This document shows, piece by piece, positions 8,677-18,391 of a stretch of DNA of 64,000 bases. Each line of letters starts with the position of its first letter. Position 1 is the stretch's first letter. The notes beneath the pieces were generated by a model. The model did not search any database and had not been told where the DNA came from. It was given only the letters and a program-made list of their open reading frames with translations. The DNA is from an uncultured Thermoanaerobaculia bacterium. Its GTDB lineage: Bacteria > Acidobacteriota > Thermoanaerobaculia > Gp7-AA8. The translations under genes and the position numbers were made by a program. The stretch covers positions 10,650 through 74,649 of the forward strand of contig CAZLGP010000055.1 in assembly GCA_964558905.1 (NCBI GenBank), written 5' to 3'.

Positions 8677-11600
8677 ATGAAAATAACGGAAGCCTGCATC
8701 AAAAACCCGGTCTTCGCGTGGATGCTCATGCTCGCGACGGTGGTGTTCGGCGGTGTCGCGGCGACGCGCATCGGCATCTCGCAGTTTCCGGACGTCGACT
8801 TCCCTACGATCAGCGTGAGTGCCGGCTGGGAGGGCGCGGCGCCGGAAGTCATCGAGCACGACGTCGTCGAGCCGATCGAAGAAGCGCTGATGCAGGTCGA
8901 GGGCGTGCGCAACATCACCTCCACGTCGCGCCAGGGCTCGGGCAACGTCACCGTCGAGCTCGACCTCGCGCGCGACGTCGACCTCGCCCTGCAGGATGTC
9001 CAGGCCCGCGTCGCGCAGGTCCAGCGCCGCCTGCCGCGGGACATCGAGCCGCCGGTCGTCTCCAAATCGAATCCGGAAGACCAGCCGATCATGTGGATCG
9101 GTCTGTCCGGTCCCTACGCACCGCAGGTTCTCGCCGACTACGCCCGCTATCGCATCAAGGAGAAGCTGCAGACGGTTCCCGGCGTCGGGGAGATCATGTC
9201 CGGGACGGTCGATCGCAACGTGCGCATCTGGATCGACTCGGACAAGCTCGATGAGCGCCGCGTCACCGCGGGCGAAGTGCTCCGGGCGATCCAGCAGCAG
9301 CACGTCGAGCTGCCTGCCGGCCGCCTCGAGACTGCCGGGCGCGAGGTGAACGTCCGCGTCCTCGGCGAGGCCTTCGACCTCGTGGAGTTTCGCCGCCTCG
9401 TCGTGAAAGATGTGGAAGGCTCGCCGGTCTACCTCAGCGACGTAGCCATCGTCGAAGACGGCTTCGAGGACATCCGTCGCCTCTCGCGCGTCAACGGCGA
9501 GCCGGCGCAGGGGATGGGCATCCGCAAGCAGCGCGGCTCGAACGCCGTGGCTGTCGCCAAAGGGGTGAAGGCGACGATCGCGGAGATTCAGACGACCCTG
9601 CCGGAAGGCATGGAGCTCGGCGTCAATTTCGACTCCACGAAGTTCATCGAGGAGTCGGTGCACGAGATCCAGTTCGAGTTGCTGCTCTCGGTCATCCTGA
9701 CGGCATTCATCTGCTGGCTGTTCCTCGGCTCGTTCGGCGCGACGGTGAACGTCATCATGGCCATCCCGATGTCGCTGCTGGGGACGGTTGCGTGCATCTA
9801 CTTCTTCGGTTTCACGCTGAACACGTTCACGCTCCTCGGACTGGCCCTCGCGGTCGGCATCGTCGTCGACGACGCGATCATGGTCCTCGAGAACATCTTC
9901 CGGCACGGCGAGATGGGCAAGGACCGCGTGACCGCGGCGCGGGAGGGGACGGCCGAGATCAGCTTCGCGGCGCTGGCGGCTACGCTGGCGGTCTGCGCGA
10001 TCTTCCTCCCGGTCGTCTTCATGCAGGGGATCATCGGAAAGTTCTTCCTGCAGTTCGGCGTGACGCTCTGCATCGCGGTGCTGCTCTCGTACGTCGAGGC
10101 CGTGACGCTCGCTCCGGCGCGCTCCGCGCAGATGCTGAATGCGGGACAGGTGCGGCAGTCGAAGCTCGGCCACCTCGTCGACGTCGCCTTCGACAAGCTG
10201 GCGGCGCGTTACGCGAAGGTGCTGGCCTTGGGCCTCAAGGCGCCGGTGACGGTCCTTCTGCTCGCGCTCGGGGTCTTCGGCCTGTCGATCTTCGTGTTCA
10301 AGAACCTGCCCAGCGAGTTCGTCCCCTCGCAGGATCAGAGCCGGCTGATGGTGCGCCTGCAGACCTCCGTCGGCGCGAACATGGAAGAGACCGACCGCGT
10401 GTTCCGCCGCGCCGAGCAGTACCTGATGAATCAACCCGAGGTCCTGCGCGTGTTCGGGTTCGTCGGAGGGTTCGGCGGCGGCAGCGTGAATACCGGCATC
10501 CTCTTCGTGACCATGATCCCGCCCAACGAGCGTGTGCCGCAGCAGGAGTTTGCGGCCCGCATCCGCAAGGAGCTCAATTCGTATCCGGGCGCGCGCGCGG
10601 TCGTGCAGGATCTCTCGCAGCAGGGCTTCACCGCTCAGCGCGGGTTCCCGATCGAGTTCTCGGTGCGCGGCCCGGAGTGGGAGAAGCTGATCGAGATCTC
10701 GACGGACCTGCGCGAGAAGCTGGCCTCGAGCGGATTCGCCACTGACGTCGACACGGACTATCAGGTCGGCATGCCGGAGCTGCGCATCGTTCCCGACCGC
10801 GACCGCGCCGCCGATCTCGGCGTGCCGGTCGAGGAGGTGGCGACGACGATCAACGCGCTCGTCGGCGGCGTGCGCTCGGGCAAGTACTCGACGGGCGGGC
10901 GGCGCATCGACATCCGTACGCGCCTGCTCGCGAATCAGCGCACGCGGCCCGAGGATCTCGCACGACTGCGGGTGAGGACGGCGTCGGGCGAGCTCGTCCC
11001 GATGTCGTCGCTGGTGAAAGAAGACGAGCGTCCGGCGCTGCAGTCGGTGACGCGCCGCGACCGCGAGCGCGCGATCTCGATCTATGGCAACGTCGCCCAG
11101 GGCAAATCGCAGGGCGATGCGCTCGCCTACATCGAGTCCATCAGTCAAGACCTGCCTCCAGGCTACCGCGCGGTCCTCGGCGGTTCGTCGGTGGCGTTCC
11201 GCGAGTCCATGAGCCAGCTCATGTTCGCCCTCGTCCTCGGACTGGTCGTGGCGTACATGGTCCTGGCATCGCAGTTCAACTCATTCCTGCATCCGCTGAC
11301 GGTGCTCTCGATCGTCCCGTTGTCCATCGCCGGTGCGGCCTTCGCGCTGCTCATCACCGGAAAGAGTCTGAACATCTTCTCGATGATCGGACTGCTGCTG
11401 CTCATGGGCATCGCCAAGAAGAACTCGATCATCCTCGTCGACTACGCCGTGCAGGGACAGCGCGAGCGCGGGCTGTCCGCGCTGGACGCGATGATGAAGG
11501 CCGGGCCGGTGCGACTCCGCCCGATCCTCATGACCACGACGGCCACGATGATGGCGGCTGTCCCCCCGGCGCTCGCTCTCGGACCGGGCGCGGAGACGCG

Positions 11601-11766
11601 CGGCCCGATGGCGGTCGCGATCATCGGAGGCCTGATCATCTCGACGACGCTCTCGCTCCTCGTGGTCCCCGCGTTCTTCGTAGTCGCGGACAACCTGAAG
11701 ATGAGGCTCGCGGCGTTGTTCCATCGCGAGGTCGAGAAAGAGGTCGAGGAGGCCCCGGCGCACTAG
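8677..11766 (+). CDS. RND efflux transporter permease (AcrB/HAE1 family)
   Basis: 1029 aa, twelve transmembrane helices, two large periplasmic loops, typical N-terminus MKITEACIKNPVFAWMLM. Confidence 0.9.
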   Translation: MKITEACIKNPVFAWMLMLATVVFGGVAATRIGISQFPDVDFPTISVSAGWEGAAPEVIEHDVVEPIEEALMQVEGVRNITSTSRQGSGNVTVELDLARDVDLALQDVQARVAQVQRRLPRDIEPPVVSKSNPEDQPIMWIGLSGPYAPQVLADYARYRIKEKLQTVPGVGEIMSGTVDRNVRIWIDSDKLDERRVTAGEVLRAIQQQHVELPAGRLETAGREVNVRVLGEAFDLVEFRRLVVKDVEGSPVYLSDVAIVEDGFEDIRRLSRVNGEPAQGMGIRKQRGSNAVAVAKGVKATIAEIQTTLPEGMELGVNFDSTKFIEESVHEIQFELLLSVILTAFICWLFLGSFGATVNVIMAIPMSLLGTVACIYFFGFTLNTFTLLGLALAVGIVVDDAIMVLENIFRHGEMGKDRVTAAREGTAEISFAALAATLAVCAIFLPVVFMQGIIGKFFLQFGVTLCIAVLLSYVEAVTLAPARSAQMLNAGQVRQSKLGHLVDVAFDKLAARYAKVLALGLKAPVTVLLLALGVFGLSIFVFKNLPSEFVPSQDQSRLMVRLQTSVGANMEETDRVFRRAEQYLMNQPEVLRVFGFVGGFGGGSVNTGILFVTMIPPNERVPQQEFAARIRKELNSYPGARAVVQDLSQQGFTAQRGFPIEFSVRGPEWEKLIEISTDLREKLASSGFATDVDTDYQVGMPELRIVPDRDRAADLGVPVEEVATTINALVGGVRSGKYSTGGRRIDIRTRLLANQRTRPEDLARLRVRTASGELVPMSSLVKEDERPALQSVTRRDRERAISIYGNVAQGKSQGDALAYIESISQDLPPGYRAVLGGSSVAFRESMSQLMFALVLGLVVAYMVLASQFNSFLHPLTVLSIVPLSIAGAAFALLITGKSLNIFSMIGLLLLMGIAKKNSIILVDYAVQGQRERGLSALDAMMKAGPVRLRPILMTTTATMMAAVPPALALGPGAETRGPMAVAIIGGLIISTTLSLLVVPAFFVVADNLKMRLAALFHREVEKEVEEAPAH

Positions 11767-11805
11767 GGCTTCGCAGGCTCTGAGGGCGCGCGTAGAATCC
11801 GTCCG

Positions 11806-12423
11806 ATGCTCACGCCCCGACTCGAGATTCGCTCGCCGACGCCGGCATCGCGGTTCCAGTTCCTGACCTTGCCGGGATACTCCGGCTCGGGGCCGGAGCA
11901 TTGGCAGACGCTGTGGGAGCGTAACGATCCTTCGTTCGTGCGCGTCGAGCAGCGGGATTGGGATCATCCCGACGCACAGGAATGGGCGGTGGCGATCGAG
12001 GCCGCGATCCGCGGTGCGGCCAAGCAAGTGGTTCTCGTCGCGCACAGTTGCGGCGTCGCGGCGGTCGCGCACTGGGCGAGGCTCTTCGCGCCGGACAGCG
12101 GCGTCGCCGGGGCGTTTCTCGTCGCACCGCCCGACCTCGACCGCAAGGACCTCGAAGGGGCGATCTGCGCGTTCGGGCCCGCGCCGCTCGATCCGCTGCC
12201 GTTCCCGTCGATGCTCGTCGCGAGCGAAGACGACCCTTACTGCGAGGTCGGCAGGGCGCGCGCCCTCGCGAGCGCGTGGGGCGCATCATTCGTCTCCGCC
12301 GGGAACCGCGGTCACATCAACACCGCCTCGGGGCACGGGCCATGGCCCGAGGGGAGACGGCTGCTGAGCGCGTTCGCGACGCAGTTGAAGTTCGGGCCGG
12401 CCGCTACTGAGACACCTTACTAG
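11806..12423 (+). CDS. RBBP9/YdeN-family alpha/beta hydrolase
   Basis: 205 aa. AHSCG nucleophile-elbow motif and small alpha/beta fold typical of YdeN-like serine hydrolases. Confidence 0.6.
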   Translation: MLTPRLEIRSPTPASRFQFLTLPGYSGSGPEHWQTLWERNDPSFVRVEQRDWDHPDAQEWAVAIEAAIRGAAKQVVLVAHSCGVAAVAHWARLFAPDSGVAGAFLVAPPDLDRKDLEGAICAFGPAPLDPLPFPSMLVASEDDPYCEVGRARALASAWGASFVSAGNRGHINTASGHGPWPEGRRLLSAFATQLKFGPAATETPY

Positions 12424-12424
12424 C

Positions 12425-12525
12425 GGCAGAATGTCAGGCGCGTTGCGCCGCTCGAAGCCCGTAACCCGCGAGTGCATCCGTGACGTGCCGTAAGGCGGAG
12501 CAACCAGCGCCGCCGGCCGTGCCGG
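12425..12525. repeat. ~95-bp dispersed GC-rich element (family sharing GAGCAACCAGCGCCGCCGGCCGTGCCGGCC)
   Basis: Aligns with the tandem copies at 53441-53531 and 53531-53622. Sits exactly between two gene 3' ends. Confidence 0.65.
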
Positions 12526-12526
12526 C

Positions 12527-12976
12527 CTACTGAGTGATCTGCCGGAAGCCCGCGGCGATCAGGATCTCCGCGGCTTTTGACGCATCGCTGTCCTTCACGA
12601 ACACCCAGTCGCGCGTGAACGCCGACACCACCAGGATGTCGAGCCCCGCGTCGCGGAACGGCGCGGAGATCGAAGCGATGAACCCGACGCAGTAGAAAGG
12701 GTTCGCGCAGTCGATCGAGACCAGCTGCCAGCGGTCGGGATTCACCTCGATCGCGTCGATGTCCTCGAGGTATTGCGTGACCACGGTCGTCTCCTTCTCG
12801 TCGCGCGCGATGAGGAGGTGCCGGTCGATGTTTCGGACGGCCCGGGCCGAGGCCCAGAAATATGTACCGGCGAAGCGGAACTTACTATCGGCGATGATGT
12901 CTTCCAGAACGCGACTGCTCACGGCCGTCATTGTAGTGGCGCTCGCGCTGCCCTTGTTCGCCGATCCGCGTGTCAT
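12527..12976 (-). CDS. ACT-domain-like small protein (tentative); start uncertain
   Basis: C-terminal VGFIASISAPFRDAGLDILVVSAFTRDWVFVK resembles an ACT fold. The 5' end overlaps the divergent DUF1287 gene, so the true start is probably downstream of 12976. Confidence 0.3.
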   Translation of the reverse strand: MTRGSANKGSASATTMTAVSSRVLEDIIADSKFRFAGTYFWASARAVRNIDRHLLIARDEKETTVVTQYLEDIDAIEVNPDRWQLVSIDCANPFYCVGFIASISAPFRDAGLDILVVSAFTRDWVFVKDSDASKAAEILIAAGFRQITQ

Positions 12977-13487
12977 CCCTCTCGTTGTCAGCGGCGCGAA
13001 GAAGCAGGTCGGCGTGACTCGAGGCTACGACCCGGCGTACCGGCGCATCGGCTATCCCAACGGAGACGTGCCGCGCGAGACCGGCGTCTGCACGGACGTG
13101 ATCATCCGCGCGTACCGCCATGCCGGCGTCGACCTGCAGGTCCTCGTGCATCAGGACATGAAGGGGAACTTCTCGAAGTATCCGAAGAACTGGGGCCTGC
13201 GCCGCCCCGACACGAACATCGATCACCGCCGCGTGCCAAATCTCGCGACGTTCTTCACGCGTCGCGGCGCAAAGATGCCCGTGACGCGCCGCGGCGCGGA
13301 CTACGAGCCCGGAGACATCGTGACCTGGAGGCTCTCCTCGGGCGTCCCGCACATTGGCCTGGTCTCGGACGTGCGCGTGCCGAACACGGATCGCTACCTC
13401 GTCGTGCACAACATCGGCGCGGGCACGCGGATCGAGGACGTGCTCTTCGCGTATGCGCTCACGGGGCACTACCGATGGCGGCGTTGA
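12894..13487 (+). CDS. DUF1287 domain-containing secreted protein
   Basis: Signal peptide MMSSRTRLLTAVIVVALALPLFA. Conserved GVCTDVIIRAYRHAGVDLQ and NIDHRRVPNL blocks recalled for DUF1287. Confidence 0.55.
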   Translation: MMSSRTRLLTAVIVVALALPLFADPRVIPLVVSGAKKQVGVTRGYDPAYRRIGYPNGDVPRETGVCTDVIIRAYRHAGVDLQVLVHQDMKGNFSKYPKNWGLRRPDTNIDHRRVPNLATFFTRRGAKMPVTRRGADYEPGDIVTWRLSSGVPHIGLVSDVRVPNTDRYLVVHNIGAGTRIEDVLFAYALTGHYRWRR

Positions 13488-14145
13488 GCTCCTCCGCCTT
13501 CTCCACGTTCGATAGGTGAGCCGCACCGGCGAGCTTCACCAGCCGCGCGTTCGGAATCGCGGCGGCCATGCGCTCGGCATCCGCCGGCGGTGTGATCGTG
13601 TCGTCCTCGCCGACGACGATGAGCGTCGGGACGTCGATGGATGGCAGCAGCGGCGATGAGTCGGGACGCTCGGCCATCGCCCGCAGTGAGGCAGTCACGA
13701 AGTCCGGCGACGCCGACATCATCACCTCGCGCACGAATTCACGCATGTCCTCCGGTGCGGAGGCGGTGAGCATCTTCGGCAGCATCGACTCGACGATCGG
13801 CGCGACGCCCTCGCGCTGCGCCTTTTCGATCATCTCGTGGCGTCCCTTGCGCGTTTCGTCCGTGTCCGCGGTCTCGCGCGTGTCGATGAGAATCAGCCCG
13901 GACACGCGCTCAGGGAAGAGGCGCATCGCCGCGAAGCAGATGTAGCCGCCCATCGACAACCCGGCGAAGGTCGCCTTCTCGATGCCGCGCGCATCGAGCT
14001 GATCGACCGCGAATCGCGCGTAATCCTCCATCGACTCCCGCGGAGGGAGGTCGGGCATCACGTGCTTGACACCTCGTATCGAAAGTTGCTTCGCGAAGAT
14101 GGCGGAGGTGAGAGGGAAGCCATGGAGCCAGAGGATGGTGTTCAT
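13459..14145 (-). CDS. alpha/beta-fold hydrolase
   Basis: 228 aa. HGFP oxyanion motif, GLSMGG nucleophile elbow, C-terminal Asp/His. Confidence 0.8.
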   Translation of the reverse strand: MNTILWLHGFPLTSAIFAKQLSIRGVKHVMPDLPPRESMEDYARFAVDQLDARGIEKATFAGLSMGGYICFAAMRLFPERVSGLILIDTRETADTDETRKGRHEMIEKAQREGVAPIVESMLPKMLTASAPEDMREFVREVMMSASPDFVTASLRAMAERPDSSPLLPSIDVPTLIVVGEDDTITPPADAERMAAAIPNARLVKLAGAAHLSNVEKAEELNAAIGSAP

Positions 14146-14335
14146 CGCGCCTCACAGGATAACGTGCCTCGGCCGGCACGGCCGGCAGCGCTGGCGTTCG
14201 CGAACGGCGCCAACGATGTCTCGAAAGGGACTGCCACGCTCGTCGGCTCCGGAGTCTCGACCGCAGAGATCAGTTCATCGTAAAAGCAGTTTGTGCAGCT
14301 GGATCAGGGGATCGCGTAAGATCCGTACCCAATCG

Positions 14336-15106
14336 GTGAGTGAATACCAGTACTACGAGTTTCAGGCCATCGATCGGCGGCTCACCGCCGTCGAGATGGC
14401 CGAGCTGCGAGCATTCTCGACTCGCGCGCGGATCACGTCGACTTGTTTCGTGAACGACTATCAGTGGGGTGGGTTCAAGGGAAACGAAGACACGTGGATG
14501 GACAAATACTTCGACGCGTTCCTCTACTTCGCGAACTGGGGAGCTCACACGCTCATGCTGCGGGTCCCCGCTCCCCTGCTCGATGCGAAGACAGCGGGGC
14601 CCTATTGCGTCGGTGAATCCGCCTCCGTCCGCGAGCGAAACGGAAAGACGATCCTCACGTTCATCTCCGAAGACGATGAACCCGATGACGACTGGGATGA
14701 TCAGACCGCCGCGCTTTCAGCATTGATTCCGATTCGAGCGCAATTGGCTCAGGGCGATCTCCGAAGTCTGTACATCGGCTGGCTTCATTGTGCGCAGGCT
14801 GGAGAGCTGGAACACGAGGACATCGAGCCACCGGTTCCGCCTGGGCTCGGAGATCTGGATGGATCCCTTGAGCGCCTGGTCGACTTTCTGCGAGTGGACA
14901 TCGATCTGCTCGAGGTCGCCGCGGCGGCCAGCCCCGCCAAACCCGCGCAGACTCTTACCCGCAAGGCGATTCAGCAGTGGATCGCCGAACACCCTCTCGC
15001 TGAGAAGGATGGCTATCTCGAGCGGTTCATTGCTGCGGAAGAGCCGGCACTCGCGACCGAGCTTCAGCGCCTCATCGCACATCGGAATGCCGCGACTACC
15101 CCATAG
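14336..15106 (+). CDS. hypothetical acidic protein (starts VSEYQYYEFQAIDRRL)
   Basis: GTG at 14336 chosen because upstream ORF residues are Arg-rich noise. GC3 pattern supports coding on this strand through 14700-15100. Confidence 0.5.
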   Translation: MSEYQYYEFQAIDRRLTAVEMAELRAFSTRARITSTCFVNDYQWGGFKGNEDTWMDKYFDAFLYFANWGAHTLMLRVPAPLLDAKTAGPYCVGESASVRERNGKTILTFISEDDEPDDDWDDQTAALSALIPIRAQLAQGDLRSLYIGWLHCAQAGELEHEDIEPPVPPGLGDLDGSLERLVDFLRVDIDLLEVAAAASPAKPAQTLTRKAIQQWIAEHPLAEKDGYLERFIAAEEPALATELQRLIAHRNAATTP

Positions 15107-15412
15107 CCGGTATGCCTCGATCCACTCCCAACCATGGGGAGGCGAATCCGGGAGCGGAAGATCGACAATGGGAATCGACTGCCGATGTCGTCCGCGCAAA
15201 CAGATGGCGATGATCTGGTCGGCGGGTGTGAGATCGACCCGCTCGACGATGACGGGCACGCCGAGAACAATCACCTCGAACGGGACAGCCACGTTGTCCT
15301 CGATCTTCGTGAACCAGCCGGTGACCTTCTCCGAGTCGTTGTAGCAGTCGACAGTTGCTTCCTCGATCATCTCCTCGAATCTGATCTTCGAAATGCGAGG
15401 AACGCGTGTCAT
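15100..15412 (-). CDS. small conserved protein translationally coupled to the helicase (MTRVPRISKIRFEEMIEEATVDCYNDSEKVTGW...HGWEWIEAYRLW); 3' end undefined
   Basis: ATG at 15412..15410 overlaps the helicase TGA (ATGA). Strong GC3>GC1>GC2 periodicity across 15101-15410. No in-frame stop until 14717, so the end given here is approximate. Confidence 0.4.
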
Positions 15413-18228
15413 GACGGTCCTCTCCGGCGTTGTGACAAACCCCGCAGAATGGCATCGAGAACCGAATCGAGCTCTTTCCCCACGTCCTCGGCGAGAAAGC
15501 GCAGTACCCAATAGCCGTTCTCCTGCAGCAGCCGATCCTTGTGACGGTCGCGGCGCCATGCGGCTGCATCCGACAGGTGCTGCGCGCCATCGATCTCGAT
15601 CGCGACACGCGCGTCGCCGCACAACAAGTCGACTTCCATCTCGCCTCGTGCGTCGAATGCGATCGGCAATCTGGCGTTCAGCTCGAAACATCCCCGAGTG
15701 TCATTCAACGTTTCCAATCGCCGATACAGGAACGCCTCGGTTGCGCTACGCGCCCGATCGGCGCCCACGGCCTCCGAGGAAGGTGATCGAGCCGCATGAA
15801 CGAACAGGTTCGCCAGCGGCGCATCGACTCCGTCGCGAATGAGTCGGCGCACGCTCGCGGAGTAGTCGTGTTTCCAGCCCGGATCGGATGGGAGAGGGAC
15901 GTCGGCCGGCCAGCCGGGAACCGCGCTTGCGGGAAGAACGATCGTATAGCCCACGGCTTCGTAGCCACGGCAACGACGGTCGAACATACGCGCCAGCATC
16001 GGCGCATTCAGATCCGCGTAGTCGTACACCCGGACCTCGCGCTTGCTGTCGTAGAGACGATGGAGCCTGCCGGCGTATTGAGCGATGGTGCCGCGCCACG
16101 AAACTGGAAGCGTGAGCATGAGCGTGTCCAGCCGCGCGTCGTCGAACCCTTCGCCGATGTATTTTCCTGTCGCCAGCAGCACGCGGTCCTCGTCGCGCGG
16201 AATCGCCGCCAATTCTTCGGCGACGGCCGCGCGCTGCTTCCGGCCCATTCCACCGCGAAGGACCAGCAGATGCCGAACCTTTCCTGAGAGATGACTCGCC
16301 AGGCGATCGAGGTGATCGTTGCGCTCGGTGAGGACGAGCGGCGAGCGGCCGGCACGGACCGCCTCGATGACGTCGTCGCAAATTTGCGTGTTCCGCAACT
16401 CATCGTCGATCAGCTCGCGGTAAAGGCTTTGGAACTCCAACCGCTGATCCGCGCTCGCCGAAACACGCGATTGGAAAGGCGTGGGGCGGACGAAGACGGT
16501 GTGCTCGAACGGCCGAACGGCAGCCTGGTCCCGCGCATTGACACGATGGCGGATCGGGCCGCACTGCATGAAGATGATCGGATGATGGCCGTCTTTCCGG
16601 GCAACGGTCGCCGACAACCCGGCGACGAACCGAGCTTTCGCACGTCGAGCCACCTGCTCGAAGCTGTACGCCGGCAGGTGATGACATTCGTCCACGATCA
16701 GATGGCCGTACTCGCCGACGCGATCGTCGACCACTCCCTTGCGCCCGAGGCTCTGAATGAGAGCAACGTCGAGCGTGCCGGTCGCTCGATCTCGCCCCCC
16801 GCCGATCTGACCGATCGCACCTGCTGGCAACTCGAGAAATGACGAGAGTCGCTCCATCCATTGGTCGAGCAGTTGCCGCCGGTGCACGAGGACCAGCGCA
16901 TTGACACCGCGCTGCGCGATGAGCCACGCGGCGATGACCGTCTTCCCGAACGCCGTCGTGGCGGACAGCACGCCGGTGTCGTGGGCCAGCATCGCCTCGG
17001 CCGCGATCCTCTGTTCCGGACGAAGCTCTCCTCGGAATGCGGCGCGGAGAGGCAATCCCGGGAAACGCTCATCGCGGACGACGGGAGTGACCTTCAGCTC
17101 CGAAAGCAGTTCCAGCAGCTCGCCGCGGCATCCGCGCGGCAGGCCGATGTGTTGCGGATGATCCTCGGCGCAGCCGATGATCCGCGGCTTGTCGTAGGTC
17201 GGCAGCCGCATCGCCTGCGCCTTGTAGAACTCGGGATTCTGAAACGCCGCGAGCCGGAGCAGGCGGTTTCGGAGCGGTGGAGGGAGTGACTCCTTGGCGA
17301 CATAGATCTCGTTCCCCAGCACCACCTCCAGCGTACGGGGCAAGCCCGGAATCGCCGGCTGTTTCCGATGGCGCGAGGGAGGGGCCGCCCATGGCTCATC
17401 CGCGTCATCCTCGGCCGCCGGGAAGCGCACGCCCACGATGCGCCCCCTTCGCTCGGCTTCGCGCACGATCGCTTCCACTCGGAACCGGCCGATCTTCTTG
17501 ACGTTAGACAGAAAGGCCCACTGATCGGGATGCGGCATCAACTCGTCGTCGACGAAAACGCTGTTCCCTCGATCGCGAGCCTGCTTCTGCAACGGCAACG
17601 CGATCAGATTGCCGAACCCGCCGTTGGGCAGCGTGTCCTGATTCGGAAAGAAGCGGTCGTACGAATCGAATCCCGCTTCGGGACGACGCTCCATCGTCTC
17701 TGTGAGAATGGACGACCCGAGCCTGCGCGCCAGTGCGGCCGGGATGGCCTCGTCGAAGAAGAGCCACACATGGCCGCCCTCGCCGGAACGCGAGCGCTCG
17801 AAGGCAGCGGGCAGCTCCAGCCGGCGGCACGTCTCGACGAACGCGCTCGCGTCCTCGCGCCAGCCCGCCTTGTCGAAGTCGACGGCCAGAAAGAAGCACG
17901 ACTCGTCGCGGAGCATCGCATACACGCCCGCGACGAACGGCTGGCCACCGTCGTCGCGTCCCGACAAGTGCCAGCGAATCACGTCATCGCTCACCGCCAG
18001 AAAGCGTTGGTGTGAACAGTCCGCGCATCGAATCCGCGGCTTCTCGCAGATCCCTCGCAACCACTCGTTGGCACAGGCCGGCGCGTACCCCGACTTCCCC
18101 GTCTTCCGGCTCTCGAATCGACGCGCGTAGACGTCTTCGCGGCCTCGGAAGAGAGAGCGGAACAGAGCGATCTTCGCCTCGGATGGGGACTGGAGATGGA
18201 CTGTGGGTTCTGCTCGCTCCTGCGACAT
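15409..18228 (-). CDS. fusion of an AEP primase-polymerase, an SF2 DEAD/DEAH helicase and a DUF559/Vsr-like endonuclease
   Basis: N-terminus has a Cys4 cluster (CANEW...CEKPRIRCADCSHQ) and AEP motifs LAVDFD and SRSGEGGHVWLFF. Helicase motifs TTAFGKTVIA, LIVDECHH, LSATVAR. C-terminal RVAIEIDGAQH...WVLRF matches DUF559. Resembles proteins named TOTE conflict system primase domain protein, recalled from memory. Confidence 0.85.
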   Translation of the reverse strand: MSQERAEPTVHLQSPSEAKIALFRSLFRGREDVYARRFESRKTGKSGYAPACANEWLRGICEKPRIRCADCSHQRFLAVSDDVIRWHLSGRDDGGQPFVAGVYAMLRDESCFFLAVDFDKAGWREDASAFVETCRRLELPAAFERSRSGEGGHVWLFFDEAIPAALARRLGSSILTETMERRPEAGFDSYDRFFPNQDTLPNGGFGNLIALPLQKQARDRGNSVFVDDELMPHPDQWAFLSNVKKIGRFRVEAIVREAERRGRIVGVRFPAAEDDADEPWAAPPSRHRKQPAIPGLPRTLEVVLGNEIYVAKESLPPPLRNRLLRLAAFQNPEFYKAQAMRLPTYDKPRIIGCAEDHPQHIGLPRGCRGELLELLSELKVTPVVRDERFPGLPLRAAFRGELRPEQRIAAEAMLAHDTGVLSATTAFGKTVIAAWLIAQRGVNALVLVHRRQLLDQWMERLSSFLELPAGAIGQIGGGRDRATGTLDVALIQSLGRKGVVDDRVGEYGHLIVDECHHLPAYSFEQVARRAKARFVAGLSATVARKDGHHPIIFMQCGPIRHRVNARDQAAVRPFEHTVFVRPTPFQSRVSASADQRLEFQSLYRELIDDELRNTQICDDVIEAVRAGRSPLVLTERNDHLDRLASHLSGKVRHLLVLRGGMGRKQRAAVAEELAAIPRDEDRVLLATGKYIGEGFDDARLDTLMLTLPVSWRGTIAQYAGRLHRLYDSKREVRVYDYADLNAPMLARMFDRRCRGYEAVGYTIVLPASAVPGWPADVPLPSDPGWKHDYSASVRRLIRDGVDAPLANLFVHAARSPSSEAVGADRARSATEAFLYRRLETLNDTRGCFELNARLPIAFDARGEMEVDLLCGDARVAIEIDGAQHLSDAAAWRRDRHKDRLLQENGYWVLRFLAEDVGKELDSVLDAILRGLSQRRRGPS

Positions 18229-18391
18229 GGCTGATCGATCTCACCATAAGCGATTTTCCGTCAGGCCGGCGCCGCGGGCCGGCGCCGCGGCCCACTAGTG
18301 TCCTGTCACGGCTAAGAACGTCGTCGGTGTGATCCACCCACTCCGCGTCTGGTGCAATCAGACGCGCTCGCCGTTCAGTCGGTGAACGCGA

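Noticed and set aside
14066-14335. Upstream ATG-initiated part of ORF 14066..15106
   Set aside because: The N-terminal 90 residues are Arg/Ser-rich and overlap the hydrolase gene and a repeat core. The GTG at 14336 gives a cleaner start.
14717-15099. Extension of the small helicase-coupled ORF through the convergent gene
   Set aside because: The extension translates to Arg-rich sequence while the opposite strand has the better coding signal. It is kept as an open question rather than as a 232-aa gene.
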